Below, piece after piece: positions 52,433 through 63,247 of a stretch of DNA of 64,000 bases (positions within the stretch are counted from its first letter, which is position 1; each line of letters starts with the position of its first letter). The notes under the pieces were generated by a model, which saw nothing but the letters and a program-made list of their open reading frames with translations, searched no databases and was not told where the DNA came from. Source of the stretch: a virus; the IMG/VR virus record IMGVR_UViG_3300047471_000162, positions 1 through 64,000 of that record, one strand, 5' to 3'. Made by a program: the position numbers and the translations under genes.

Positions 52433-53172
52433 TGGGAACTACCGAACCAATCTCTGGTACATACCAGACAATCTCTGGACAGCCAGGATATGGTATTGTG
52501 CAGAACCCCCCGTTCCATCCTAATATTCTTAATATTCCACTACGACAGTTATCTACGAATTCCCCAGGTAGTTATGACTATTCCCTGTACAGAGGCTTAA
52601 TGTCCACAAGAGCTATACAGGGACCGGGTCTTCCAGCTAATCAGTACAAGGTTAATTTTCTCTATAATCCTTCTACTATTGCAGAGTCTAGATCTTTAGA
52701 TCTTAATAATCAGATCTATCCTTCCTACGCTAGAAATCCAGATGATCCTGGTCAACACAAGACAGGACTAAATGCAACAGTTTCATTTAGTCTACTGTTC
52801 GATAGAACGTATGAGCTTTGGGATAGTTCTTATGTAGGAACTGATGCAGGAACATATGGAGTCATGGTAGATGTTAATGCTTTCTATAATCTATTAAATA
52901 TTAATCAGGTTAATGTAAATTCTCCAGTCTCTTTGGCAACTAGTGAGTTTGCTGCGCAGAATAAATTCGCCTTAATAGTACAAGGAACTATGTCCGCCAT
53001 TCCTATAGATCTTTATTTTGGTTATCAGTCTGCTGGTGCTCTTAAGTACTTTGGCTACGTAACTGAATTCGATATCACATATACTCACTTCACTCAGAAG
53101 ATGGTGCCACAGAGATGTGCTATTAACGTAGGCTTCCAGGTAATGTCTGAGACATTTAACAACGTAAGTTAA
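52432..53172 (+). CDS. Tail tube initiator-like baseplate protein
   Basis: FLYNP.TI...L.FDRT...G.V....ITYTHF...MVP.R. Confidence 0.65.
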   Translation: MGTTEPISGTYQTISGQPGYGIVQNPPFHPNILNIPLRQLSTNSPGSYDYSLYRGLMSTRAIQGPGLPANQYKVNFLYNPSTIAESRSLDLNNQIYPSYARNPDDPGQHKTGLNATVSFSLLFDRTYELWDSSYVGTDAGTYGVMVDVNAFYNLLNINQVNVNSPVSLATSEFAAQNKFALIVQGTMSAIPIDLYFGYQSAGALKYFGYVTEFDITYTHFTQKMVPQRCAINVGFQVMSETFNNVS

Positions 53173-53181
53173 GGAGGAATA

Positions 53182-53460
53182 ATGCCAATAAGTCCATACA
53201 GTAGATATGCTGATAACACTGTGGTCTCTCTTGTAGACCACAACGGAATAACTCGTCCAACTATTATTATCGAAACCCCTAACGAACGTAAGGTAAGTTT
53301 TAGTACCTACACTTGGAAGCTGGGGGATCAGATAGAATACTTGGCCTTCTCCGCTTATGGTGATGAATTAGCCTGGTGGATTATAGCGAATGCTAATCCA
53401 GAGATTCTATTTTGGGATAGCTTAACTCCCGGAGTTACCGTGAGGGTGCCTAATGCTTAG
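53182..53460 (+). CDS. LysM-like baseplate protein
   Basis: GD....LA..AYGD...WW.IA.ANP...L.PG...RVP. Confidence 0.8.
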   Translation: MPISPYSRYADNTVVSLVDHNGITRPTIIIETPNERKVSFSTYTWKLGDQIEYLAFSAYGDELAWWIIANANPEILFWDSLTPGVTVRVPNA

Positions 53461-54700
53461 TACTATTCCTGCCTTACCGTATTTTGAGGTGATAGTGGAT
53501 GGAATATATCTAAAGCAATACGCTTCCAAGGTACAGATTATTCAGGAGACTAACTCTCACCCCGTAGCCTTACTAGACGTACAGTATATTGGAAAGAAGT
53601 CTGTACAGGGTGCACCCGGAGTTAGAGGATCTTGGGCATATATAAAGGAACAGACTCCAATAACAATTAACTATGGTTTTAAGCCAGGACGTATTGCTCA
53701 GTTCCTTGGCTATGTGGCATCGTACACGTTGATCAAGTCTGGTTCAGATCTGGCGCAGAATGGACTAATCACTACCACTGTTCAGTACACATTGGTAGGT
53801 GCCTCTCAAATTATGCAGACTACAAAGAATAGAGCATGGAAGCACATCAGTCCTTCTGCTATTGCTGCTTCCATAGCTACTGAGAATGGTTTTAGATCTG
53901 TTATTCATCCATACCAAGCGGCTGTAGACTATCGCTTACAAAATGTAAGTGACTTCCAGTTTCTAAACCAGTTGGCTAATGAAATAGGTTATCGCTTCTA
54001 TGTGGATAATACTGATCTATACTTTATTAATCCTAAGTTAATTCTGGATAGATCTAATATAAGAAATATTCCACAGTTCTGGTTCTACAATAATCCTGGA
54101 CTCTACGACACTCTTAGAAATTTTCAACCTATCGTAGGAACTATTACTCCTGATGGTGGTATTGTTGCCAATAGAACTATCACAGGTATTAATCCTCAGA
54201 CTAAGAATTTAGTTAATGCTTCGGATCAACTGAAGCTTACTACTTCTGCTACCTCATTAATGTCTCCACCGGCTACGCCAACTATTACTAAATATTACAA
54301 TGCATTTCCTGCTGATTCTTTCTTTGAAGCTCAGCAAAAAATTGTGGCTGATACTAATAGAAATCTTTACTGGATTACAGCAGATTGTGAACTGCGTGGA
54401 GACTTCAGAGTTAAGCCAAATGTTCTAGTAGAGCTTGTAGGTTCGGCACTTCCATTATCCGAAGCGGGTTTTTGGTTAGTACAGTGTTCAACACATTGTC
54501 TAACGATGCCAGCACCCACGGGTAATAAGGTAGATGCTACATACAATATCTATTCTCAGTTGGTAAGAGATCAAGTCTATGCGGCTACAACTGTAGTTTC
54601 TCCTTCGGATACTTCTTCAGTTGTACAGAAAGTACCAGCGGCTTTAGTCGGTGGCGTATGGAGATCATCTAATATAGGGGCGCAGATTCATGCAAGCTAG
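53453..54700 (+). CDS. Baseplate hub protein (gpD/gp27-like)
   Basis: Q..SDFQFL..LA..IGY.FYV; position. Confidence 0.75.
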   Translation: MLSTIPALPYFEVIVDGIYLKQYASKVQIIQETNSHPVALLDVQYIGKKSVQGAPGVRGSWAYIKEQTPITINYGFKPGRIAQFLGYVASYTLIKSGSDLAQNGLITTTVQYTLVGASQIMQTTKNRAWKHISPSAIAASIATENGFRSVIHPYQAAVDYRLQNVSDFQFLNQLANEIGYRFYVDNTDLYFINPKLILDRSNIRNIPQFWFYNNPGLYDTLRNFQPIVGTITPDGGIVANRTITGINPQTKNLVNASDQLKLTTSATSLMSPPATPTITKYYNAFPADSFFEAQQKIVADTNRNLYWITADCELRGDFRVKPNVLVELVGSALPLSEAGFWLVQCSTHCLTMPAPTGNKVDATYNIYSQLVRDQVYAATTVVSPSDTSSVVQKVPAALVGGVWRSSNIGAQIHAS

Positions 54701-55265
54701 TTTCTTAGGAACGTATAGAGCTATCGTCACTGCTATCTCTGATCCGCTAGGTACTAGAAGAGTACGTGTTCAGTGCCCACAGATATCTGGTTTGGCTGAA
54801 CTAAACTGGGCAGAACCTGCTAGAGTCTATGATCCTATTCCTAATATAGGAGATATCGTATGGATCTACTTCAATGGCGGAGAAACTAATAAGCCTATCT
54901 ATGCCATCTCTTCTAATCCATATTTTTGGCACACGCCTTCTCTTTCCTCTGGTTGGGCTTTAGGGCCTGGCGGTGGATCAGCTCAACCCCTGGAGTTTAG
55001 AAAAGATACACAAGATAATATTTTTATTACTGGGGTAATTCATACCACTTCGATTACTCCGTCTAATCCTATCTTTACTTTGCCCCCTGGTTTTACTCCG
55101 AAGATAGAGCAGAGATTCCCAGCGATATATAATAATGGTGGCTCTATATCTGCGCTGCTGATGTCAGTAACTATTGGCGGGGCTGTAACAGTATCTCCTT
55201 TTCCATCAGCTTCTGGGGCAGATGTACAGACCAGCATATTCTTTCCTCTAGGCAATATAGCCTAA
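54690..55265 (+). CDS. Baseplate spike (gp5/gpV OB-fold)
   Basis: G.YRAIV....DP....RVRV..P...P.IGD.VW..F.GG..NKP. Confidence 0.85.
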   Translation: MQASFLGTYRAIVTAISDPLGTRRVRVQCPQISGLAELNWAEPARVYDPIPNIGDIVWIYFNGGETNKPIYAISSNPYFWHTPSLSSGWALGPGGGSAQPLEFRKDTQDNIFITGVIHTTSITPSNPIFTLPPGFTPKIEQRFPAIYNNGGSISALLMSVTIGGAVTVSPFPSASGADVQTSIFFPLGNIA

Positions 55266-55289
55266 CTACTATTATGGGATAATGACTTT

Positions 55290-55709
55290 ATGGGTATTCA
55301 AATGACTATCCCATTTACAGTTCTCTCCAATGGAGCTGTATCTGTGGAAACAAATAATGATATACAGGTAGGCCAAAGAGTCCACGCATTAGTCTCTACT
55401 GAAATAGGTCAGAGACCAATGCGCGCTGCCTTAGGACTGCCGCTATCCAGATTACTATTTGGTGTCGCAGATAATTTAGTAACAGCAGAACTAAGAGATC
55501 AAGTCACACAGCAGTTAAATAGTTATGAACCTGGTATTAATGTACTATCAGTTGTTCCTATTACAAAGCATTCAAAGGATGGTCAAGCAGAAATCAAGGT
55601 TAACTATCAGCCTGTTCTTCAAGGTTCTTCTGCTAAGGCAATTTCAGACACTGTAGTTATCGAAGTTGGCGGAACAGTAAAGGAAGTAACACTTAATGGC
55701 AACGGTTAA
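55290..55709 (+). CDS. Baseplate wedge protein (gp25/GPW-like)
   Basis: T..GQRPMR...G...LLF...YEP. Confidence 0.85.
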   Translation: MGIQMTIPFTVLSNGAVSVETNNDIQVGQRVHALVSTEIGQRPMRAALGLPLSRLLFGVADNLVTAELRDQVTQQLNSYEPGINVLSVVPITKHSKDGQAEIKVNYQPVLQGSSAKAISDTVVIEVGGTVKEVTLNGNG

Positions 55710-57231
55710 TGCTGGAGTACCAGCGATTGATTATACTTCTAAGGATTATGCGGGATTCATATCCTCCATGTTTGCGTACGCTACTACAGCGTTCCCTGAA
55801 TGGACTAATCAGAATCCGGGCAGTTTGGAAGTTATGCTCTTGGAGTCTTTTGCCAGAGAGCTAGATGTTCTTTCCTACTATGGAGATCGTATTGTTGCTG
55901 AGTCGTATATCGGTACAGCCACGCAACTATCCTCTGTTATTCAATTGGCTGCGCTACTTGGGTATACTCCTGGGCAGTCTGTAGCAGCGGTTGGTAACGT
56001 TACTTTTCAAACACCACCAAGCGGTGGAGCTGTAGTTATTCCGACAGGAACTCAGGTAACAACTAACTATGTAGCATCTCTTAATGCGCCAATTATCTTT
56101 GAGACACAAGCTGCTACAACTGTTCCGGCTAATGGTGGAAACTCTACAGTTAATATTGCTCAGGGTCGAACACAAGGCACAGCAGTATTTACTATAGGTA
56201 ATAACACAGTTGCACCTTTTAATGTCACCGTAGAATTACTAGGTACTTCAGATGGTAGTATTCTTCAGCAATTCAACTTGGCTAATAACCCAGTTATCAG
56301 TCAATCAGTAACTGTATATCTTCAGAACCCGTTGTATAACCCCAGTGCTCCAAGTGGTATAGATCCTATAGTTCCTTGGACTCAGGTAGCTTCTCTACAG
56401 CTAGCCAACTCAGCTAATACTGCTTGGTCAGAAACTGTAGCCGCTAATGGTGTGGTGACCGTTAATTTTGGAGACAATGTTAATGGGGCAGTTCCAGCAG
56501 CTGGTTTGAATATCTATGCCAACTATCGTGTTGGTGGAGGAATAGTTGGTAATCTTTCAGCTAACCAAGTAGTAGATATTGCTGCACCCATTACCGGAGT
56601 ATCCATTGTAGGCTCGTCAGCTACCACTGGAGGCATGGACGCAGAGACTATAGACCAGATACGTGTCAACGCTCCTAGAGCCTTTACAACGCAGCAGAGA
56701 GCCGTGACGCTGGCTGACTACGGAAGTTTGGCCATGACGCTACCAGCAGTATCCCAAGCATCAGCAGTAGCTAATAGCTATAACAACGTGACAGTCTATA
56801 TTGCCGCTTCTGGTAATACTGTCCCAACACAGGCAGTACTTGATCAGGTTATTACTTATCTTCAGCCATTGGTAATGGCGGGCACAACTGTTAGTGCTTT
56901 ACCTGCAAATTTTATTCCAGTCAATATCGGAGCTATTAGCACTCCTGTAATTGTAGGGGTTAGTGCTAGATATAGCCCCACTTCTGTGCAGATAATTGCA
57001 ATTCAGACTGTACAGAATCTATTCGCCCCGGCCAATGCAGCGTTGGGACAGAGAGTAACAGTCAGCTCAGTGTATTCTGCTTTAGCTGCTATTCCAGGTG
57101 TTACCTATGTAAGCATTCCCCTTATGGCTAGAAACGATGCGACACAATCTGGTGCCAATGATATTTTATTGCGCCCATTTGAACTCCCAGTTGCTGGTAA
57201 CATAACTATTATCGCTAACCCATCAAGCTAA
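55696..57231 (+). CDS. Baseplate J-like wedge protein
   Basis: DYTSKDY, FGD..NG..P, YRVGGG..GN, GG.DAET, RAVT..DY. Confidence 0.9.
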   Translation: MATVNAGVPAIDYTSKDYAGFISSMFAYATTAFPEWTNQNPGSLEVMLLESFARELDVLSYYGDRIVAESYIGTATQLSSVIQLAALLGYTPGQSVAAVGNVTFQTPPSGGAVVIPTGTQVTTNYVASLNAPIIFETQAATTVPANGGNSTVNIAQGRTQGTAVFTIGNNTVAPFNVTVELLGTSDGSILQQFNLANNPVISQSVTVYLQNPLYNPSAPSGIDPIVPWTQVASLQLANSANTAWSETVAANGVVTVNFGDNVNGAVPAAGLNIYANYRVGGGIVGNLSANQVVDIAAPITGVSIVGSSATTGGMDAETIDQIRVNAPRAFTTQQRAVTLADYGSLAMTLPAVSQASAVANSYNNVTVYIAASGNTVPTQAVLDQVITYLQPLVMAGTTVSALPANFIPVNIGAISTPVIVGVSARYSPTSVQIIAIQTVQNLFAPANAALGQRVTVSSVYSALAAIPGVTYVSIPLMARNDATQSGANDILLRPFELPVAGNITIIANPSS

Positions 57232-57240
57232 GGAGAACAC

Positions 57241-57933
57241 ATGGTTGCGATTTATCCCACTGCATTAAAGTCTTTTGCATACCGTCAAGACTTTACCGAA
57301 TTAGTAGAAGCGGCAGATATTAATGTCGCGTATGATGAAATAGGTGCGGTAGAAAGTACACTTGGTGTTCTTCCTAATTCAGATACATTAGATGGTTCAA
57401 CAGTTACTTGGCCAACAGTTAAGGCTAATATATCTGCTGCCAGAAACGGTGTTACAAAGCCTATATGTAAGCTACGTACTGTAGACACACTAGTTCCTTA
57501 TGGTGGACCTAGTGGAACAGGTATCTATGCAGCTTTTAATAGTGCAATATGGGATACTCATGGTATGTGGCAGGGAGGTTCTACTATTATCTGCCCACGC
57601 ACAGGATGGTATAACTTCCAATTCTATGCAGAGTGGCAGTATGCCGCTTTTCCATTTGATAATAGCGTTCCACAGTATGAGCATTCTGGGTACGCTTCAG
57701 TAGGTTTACAGCAACTACCTAATAGCTTGTATATTACTGGCTCTAATCACTTTGTTTCCCAGGGGGCTCAGTTTGCTATTAGAAGCTCAGGATCTATATC
57801 TGCTCCGTGGTTCAAGGGCACTTCCCTATCTGCTCAACTGGCACAAACAGTAAGAAGCAGTAGCTCTCAACCATGCAATCTATATCTATCGATAACTTAT
57901 GAACGTGATGCTCCAACAACGAATAATATGTAA
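57241..57933 (+). CDS. Baseplate or fibre-associated protein
   Basis: ORF in the tail operon. Confidence 0.65.
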   Translation: MVAIYPTALKSFAYRQDFTELVEAADINVAYDEIGAVESTLGVLPNSDTLDGSTVTWPTVKANISAARNGVTKPICKLRTVDTLVPYGGPSGTGIYAAFNSAIWDTHGMWQGGSTIICPRTGWYNFQFYAEWQYAAFPFDNSVPQYEHSGYASVGLQQLPNSLYITGSNHFVSQGAQFAIRSSGSISAPWFKGTSLSAQLAQTVRSSSSQPCNLYLSITYERDAPTTNNM

Positions 57934-57945
57934 GAGAGGCTAAGT

Positions 57946-60336
57946 ATGAGTAACGGCTACGGTGTTGATTTCTTTGGAGTAGCTACCTATGGCTATTCCC
58001 AGCCATCTGATTACAGCGTAGCTCCATTCAATGCATATCAAACAGACTATTTAAAAATTACACTGAAGTGGCTATCTCCTAATAAGACATTATGGAAGTC
58101 TCTTCAATTAGTACGAAGTGTATATGGCTATCCTTCTTCACCTGCTGATGGTGTGCAGCTACTAACAGTAGTACCATCTGCTATGACAAATACATATGAT
58201 GATACTAATCTAACCGCTGGAAAAATTTACTATTACACCATGTTCTTGAGCCTGGAAGCCCCTACATGGTCCAATGCAAATACCTATGGTGTTGGTCAAG
58301 TAGTTCTTTACAATAATCAGTATTGGTCCAGTCTTACTGTTGGAAATATTAATAACACTCCAGTAGTCGGATCCTCATTTTGGCAGAGCACTGTATACCA
58401 GCCTATTTGGTATCCCGCTGGCTATACTGCTAGCTTAGCCCTGAAGAACTATGGATATACCTCTCTTCTATACAACAGAACTCCTCAGCCCTATAAGGTT
58501 TCTAATTCTGATCTATTTGCTAACACTGTTGTAGATAATCCAGCGCTGTTCCACTACCTATCTTTGTTCGGTTTCCACCTGGATATGACCAAGACGGAAT
58601 ATGATCTCTATCTTCAGGGAAATAATCCAGATATTATCTCGGCAGTATCCTTGGATGTATTAGGACAGCAACTTGGTTTTACTACTGACTATATTTCTTC
58701 TCCCCAGTTACGTCGTCAACGAGTTAAGAATACGACTGTCAACTATCGTTTAAAGGGAACTGCTCAGAGTATTCATAACGCTATAGCTGCTATAACTGGT
58801 TGGGATAGCGTTGTTACCGATAGCATTAATATGCTACAAGACGGAGATCAAGCAGCTTTTGCACACCCTAGATACGATTTATGGAATCCGGCTACTACTT
58901 ATTTTGTTAATCAACTAGTGCAATTCAACGGGTTTAATTACAAGAATCTACTTCAGTCATATGGCCAAGCTCAGGCTCCTTCAGGTACCAGCTCAGCCAA
59001 TACTTGGTGGCAAGCTCAGATCTCAGGAACTTCTTCTCAGCTGACGGATACAACAGTTCTAAAGAACCCCACCAACTATGTCTCTGGCGGACCAGACGGT
59101 ACTGGTGGATTCTCTACATGGTATCCAACTCCTACAGGTGGGTACTCCGGAACTATTCAACAGAATGGTATTGTCACTGGGCTACCACATCCTACAGATA
59201 ACACTATTAATAACTGGAATGCTCTAGCTTATGTAGATACACAGACTGCTTTATCTGTATCTCTTGCCAATTCTAGTGCTGGTATTCCTGTAGCACCTAA
59301 CTGGAGTAATTCTACTAACTATGTAATTAATAACTGGGTCACTTCTAACTCGGTTACCTATATAGCTAAAAGACCCTCCGGCCCTGGAACTCCCTATGGT
59401 TTCATAACACCTGGAACTAACGATACTTTTTGGTACGCTACATTCATTCCTATTTCTCCATCTCCAAATAGAGTGCAGTATCTGACGGATGGTGTTCCCC
59501 TAATTCAGTACCGTCAGTGGGATTCATCTATTACCTATCAAATAGGGACACAGATTCTATACTTCGGTATTGTGTACCAGGCGATTAATATTAATAAGAA
59601 TAGTAAGCCTTCTGGGTACTACTATTCAAATAAGGACTGGATTTATATACAACCTGCCGAGAATATTTATACAGCCTCCGCTTATCAGACTCGATTGACA
59701 ACGAATACAACTGCTAAGCCATCTTTTATGGATGTAGAAATTTATGACAGTCTAAATAATTCTCAAGACTTCTTTAATAATGCTACTAACTCTTTCTTAG
59801 CCAGATTCGACGGAGACTATTCAGATCTCAATGGAATTAATGACAATACTTTGGCTAGTCTAGGTCGTCCATGGACAGCCACACCGTCTACAGCCAAGCT
59901 ATGGAGATCCAATTATGGAATGGCTACTGTAGACCAGTCACTATTCGGGACTACTACATATGTATATCTAACAATCGCTTCAGGTATCTCTGATATTCTT
60001 TCTGGAATAACCTTTGTTACCGACTATACTGACGCTGCTCATATTGGTCATGGAATAATCTTTAGATTCCAAGATGCCAATAATTTCTGGTACACAACTA
60101 GAAAGACTTTGTATAAGGTTGTTGGTGGAGTAGAAACATCTATGGCTACATGGACTCGTCTATTGGATGGGGATAGAATGCTAGTGGTGACCAACGGATC
60201 AGCTATTTTGGTATACAAATATGTTCGCGATGGTACTAATACCAATGTATCGCTAGCAAATATCACTGATGCAGCGCTACAGACTGCCACCGTTCACGGA
60301 TTAATACAGAAATACTCACCATCAGGAGCTGTGTAA
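57946..60336 (+). CDS. Baseplate wedge (gpI-like) protein with short carbohydrate-binding-like repeats
   Basis: YRLKGT...I..ITGW; W.....Y..G..V.Y.. repeats (CBM5/12-like). Confidence 0.7.
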   Translation: MSNGYGVDFFGVATYGYSQPSDYSVAPFNAYQTDYLKITLKWLSPNKTLWKSLQLVRSVYGYPSSPADGVQLLTVVPSAMTNTYDDTNLTAGKIYYYTMFLSLEAPTWSNANTYGVGQVVLYNNQYWSSLTVGNINNTPVVGSSFWQSTVYQPIWYPAGYTASLALKNYGYTSLLYNRTPQPYKVSNSDLFANTVVDNPALFHYLSLFGFHLDMTKTEYDLYLQGNNPDIISAVSLDVLGQQLGFTTDYISSPQLRRQRVKNTTVNYRLKGTAQSIHNAIAAITGWDSVVTDSINMLQDGDQAAFAHPRYDLWNPATTYFVNQLVQFNGFNYKNLLQSYGQAQAPSGTSSANTWWQAQISGTSSQLTDTTVLKNPTNYVSGGPDGTGGFSTWYPTPTGGYSGTIQQNGIVTGLPHPTDNTINNWNALAYVDTQTALSVSLANSSAGIPVAPNWSNSTNYVINNWVTSNSVTYIAKRPSGPGTPYGFITPGTNDTFWYATFIPISPSPNRVQYLTDGVPLIQYRQWDSSITYQIGTQILYFGIVYQAININKNSKPSGYYYSNKDWIYIQPAENIYTASAYQTRLTTNTTAKPSFMDVEIYDSLNNSQDFFNNATNSFLARFDGDYSDLNGINDNTLASLGRPWTATPSTAKLWRSNYGMATVDQSLFGTTTYVYLTIASGISDILSGITFVTDYTDAAHIGHGIIFRFQDANNFWYTTRKTLYKVVGGVETSMATWTRLLDGDRMLVVTNGSAILVYKYVRDGTNTNVSLANITDAALQTATVHGLIQKYSPSGAV

Positions 60337-62756
60337 TGCCATTGCCAAAAATAAGCACACTTAATAATGTCTACATCAATGGTGTACTTAATAAACAATG
60401 GAACGCCAATGGTGGAACTTTTGGGTTAGTAAATCCTGTCGACTTTATCACCTCAACATATGGTGCTAATGGCTATGGGCAGAATTACTATGGTGGAGTT
60501 ATTCCTAACTCTGCTACACCGTATGTTCAAGCTACATCTGTACCTAGCTTTTTCGGTGCGTCACTATATGACGCATCTAATAGTAGTTTCTCAGCACAGA
60601 TCACAGCAGCGCCTAATGGTAGTGGCTCGGTACAAACTTCTATTGTAATGAAGCAGGATGAGCATAACTATGTAGAAATGTATGTAGGTCCTGATGGTAA
60701 GTTTGGTGGGTATTCTTCTAATGGGGGAATACCTGCTATCCCTACTCAGCTATTTCCTGCGTATAACCCTATAGCTCACGCTTACTGGAGAATAAGAAAT
60801 GATACTTTCTTATTCTTCTTCGAAGCTTCTCCTGATGGAGCCACTTGGACTACTCTAGCTAGTATTAATTACAGTTGGGATATTACTTCTGTAACTCTCA
60901 TGTTCTTTGCCGGATATTCTGGTAAAGAGGATCAAGGTTTACGCGCGTTTATAAACCATGTAAATCAAAACACTGTTTCTACAGTCCTATCTGCTAAAGT
61001 ACAGAATTCTTCGTTTATTCATGGTGCTGTAGTAGTAACAAATCCCAACGCACTATCCGGAACGGCTTCGGGCTTCAGTGGAAGAAATTCCACCTTCCAT
61101 GCGGTCAGTGGAATAGGTCAGGGTGGTCTTACCGACTTTGGTGTTGTACAAATTGGTCATGATGATCCGGCTACCGCCAGAATAATCTCTTATATACCAG
61201 TAAATATCAGTGGTGGAGCCTCTGTTGCTTGGGCTCGCAGCTATAACACTATGGTTCCTGCGGCACCTTATCGTGATGGAAGTTATTGGCAACCAGGAAA
61301 GACAGCTATTCTTAACGTTGGTGCACAGTCAGTAAACGATACATTCCAGCAAGCTATGACTAGCGTTCAATTCGAGAAGACTCCAGGATCATTCAATAGA
61401 CTGAATCCTAATGTAGCTTTTTACACCGACACCTGCGAATTCGCGGCTCAAAAGTCTCTATCAGGTAATGGTGTAGGTTCTCAGAATGTCACCCGCAGCA
61501 AAGACATAGCCTATGCTGGAAACTTCTCCGGGAAGATGGTGTTTGGTGGCTCTCCAGCTACTGATGGATCCGGACATACAGCTTACTGGCCTTATCCAAC
61601 GCGCAAAGCGTTAACACCAATCATTAACAATACTTTAGGGCAGGAAACAGTAAGAGGATCAGTAGCCTTAAATACAACAAGAGCTGGAACCCAATGGTAT
61701 CCAGCCCTGGCTATCTATGATGCTAACTTCAACCTGCTTTCGCAAAGCACATTCCTTTCTGCATCAGTACCCACGTTAGTTACACACCCTGGTGGAGGAA
61801 ACTGGCAAGTGGCTTCTGTTCTTCTACCAACAGGTATAACTGCGGCTCGATGGATAAGTGTAGTACCTGTAGTTATCGTCCCTGGAACTACACCAGAGAC
61901 TGTCTATATGAGTGATCATACGATTGTGGGTATTACTCCTACAATCTCGTCATATCCGTCTACTTATGTAGATCCTCAGCAATATACTATTTCACTGAAA
62001 CCAGATCGTCTGAACTATGCAGCTAATTCTGGATTCCCCGCCAATATAGACGGATGGAACATAGCATCTGATGGAACCTCTGGTAGCCCCGATTCTTTGT
62101 CTCTGAGTTGGGACAGCACTATTGGATTTAATTCATTAGGATCTTTGAAAGCGCACTTAGCAGCACCTTCTGGTACCTACACAGGTACTGCTAATGCAAG
62201 AACTGGACCAGCTAGTTATCTAGTAAGTACTACATCTTCTATGTTCCCAATAATCCAAGGTTTGAAGGTAGGTCACACATATACCTTCTCTGCTTGGATC
62301 AAGCAAGGTGTTGGTTGTCCAGATATCCAGATGCATATTCTTGATCCTAACTACACTGGTCTTTATAACACTAGTTTGAGTCATATTCAGAATACTGATC
62401 CCAGTGCTAGCCAAGGAGGATGGCATAGAATGTATGCCACCTTTACTATTCCACCCGACGGGGGTTCTGATTACCGACTATGGTTTACCGTGCAGTATAC
62501 CGACATAGTAGCTTTGGCTCCCTTCGATTTCTGGATTGATTCTATTCTGGTAGAAGAGACTTCACTGGTAGGTACTTATTTTGATGGTGGTTTTGCTTCT
62601 CCTGAATACCAGTATGAAATGCAAGGTGGACCTGACAATAGATCTTATTACTACAAGGACTACACCAATAAGCTGGCTAGAATTAATGCAATAATTCCTC
62701 AGTATGCTCCTATAGCCTCTTCATATAAGTTATTAACTGCACAACCTCCTACATAA
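60336..62756 (+). CDS. Tail fibre or receptor-binding protein with CBM-like domains
   Basis: G.TYTFSAWIK...W.R...TF...ID.I.VEE...YFDG. Confidence 0.7.
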   Translation: MPLPKISTLNNVYINGVLNKQWNANGGTFGLVNPVDFITSTYGANGYGQNYYGGVIPNSATPYVQATSVPSFFGASLYDASNSSFSAQITAAPNGSGSVQTSIVMKQDEHNYVEMYVGPDGKFGGYSSNGGIPAIPTQLFPAYNPIAHAYWRIRNDTFLFFFEASPDGATWTTLASINYSWDITSVTLMFFAGYSGKEDQGLRAFINHVNQNTVSTVLSAKVQNSSFIHGAVVVTNPNALSGTASGFSGRNSTFHAVSGIGQGGLTDFGVVQIGHDDPATARIISYIPVNISGGASVAWARSYNTMVPAAPYRDGSYWQPGKTAILNVGAQSVNDTFQQAMTSVQFEKTPGSFNRLNPNVAFYTDTCEFAAQKSLSGNGVGSQNVTRSKDIAYAGNFSGKMVFGGSPATDGSGHTAYWPYPTRKALTPIINNTLGQETVRGSVALNTTRAGTQWYPALAIYDANFNLLSQSTFLSASVPTLVTHPGGGNWQVASVLLPTGITAARWISVVPVVIVPGTTPETVYMSDHTIVGITPTISSYPSTYVDPQQYTISLKPDRLNYAANSGFPANIDGWNIASDGTSGSPDSLSLSWDSTIGFNSLGSLKAHLAAPSGTYTGTANARTGPASYLVSTTSSMFPIIQGLKVGHTYTFSAWIKQGVGCPDIQMHILDPNYTGLYNTSLSHIQNTDPSASQGGWHRMYATFTIPPDGGSDYRLWFTVQYTDIVALAPFDFWIDSILVEETSLVGTYFDGGFASPEYQYEMQGGPDNRSYYYKDYTNKLARINAIIPQYAPIASSYKLLTAQPPT

Positions 62757-62777
62757 TTAAATAGTAAATACATATTT

Positions 62778-62822
62778 AAAGGGTATATCTAGTAGTAATT
62801 ATTACTATTAGATATACCCTTT
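62778..62822. terminator. Long palindrome or terminator ending the virion operon
   Basis: AAAGGGTATATCTA...TAGATATACCCTTT. Confidence 0.7.
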
Positions 62823-62913
62823 AGTTGTGTATAAAGACAAGTGTAGTACCGTCTGGGGTGTCTGTCAAGGTGTGCTAGGCTGTAGCCATCACACACTTCA
62901 AGAGGAGATATAC

Positions 62914-63180
62914 ATGATCATCGCAGCAGTAGCTCTAGCAACCTTCTGGGCATGGCAATTTATCTTTGCCTATGTCCCTTGGTTACCTGATTATGTTGCG
63001 CATTTCTTAGTACCTCTTATGGCATTCGGATTCTTCTTTTTACCTCAGATATTCTTATTACCCTTAGCAGTAGCTGCCATTGTTGGGTTGCTTCATAGAC
63101 TAGCTAACTCTATGCTGAGAACAAATACTCAGGTGACTCTGCCTAAGCGTAGATCAAATATTCCGCCTCCACCACGTTGA
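62914..63180 (+). CDS. Membrane protein
   Basis: GAGGAG RBS before MIIAAV; hydrophobic. Confidence 0.7.
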   Translation: MIIAAVALATFWAWQFIFAYVPWLPDYVAHFLVPLMAFGFFFLPQIFLLPLAVAAIVGLLHRLANSMLRTNTQVTLPKRRSNIPPPPR

Positions 63181-63205
63181 CATCCCCGCCCTTCTGGACT
63201 AGAGT
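63177..63205 (+). promoter_or_regulatory. Sigma70/HrdB-type promoter
   Basis: TTGACA-17-TAGAGT. Confidence 0.7.
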
Positions 63206-63247
63206 TCTTCTCATCAGCCCAGCAGGGCAAACTTTTTGAGAGGAGCT

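Noticed and set aside
45794-57231. Bacterial extracellular contractile injection system
   Set aside because: Terminase, portal, capsid and a tRNA island are present, so this is a phage tail
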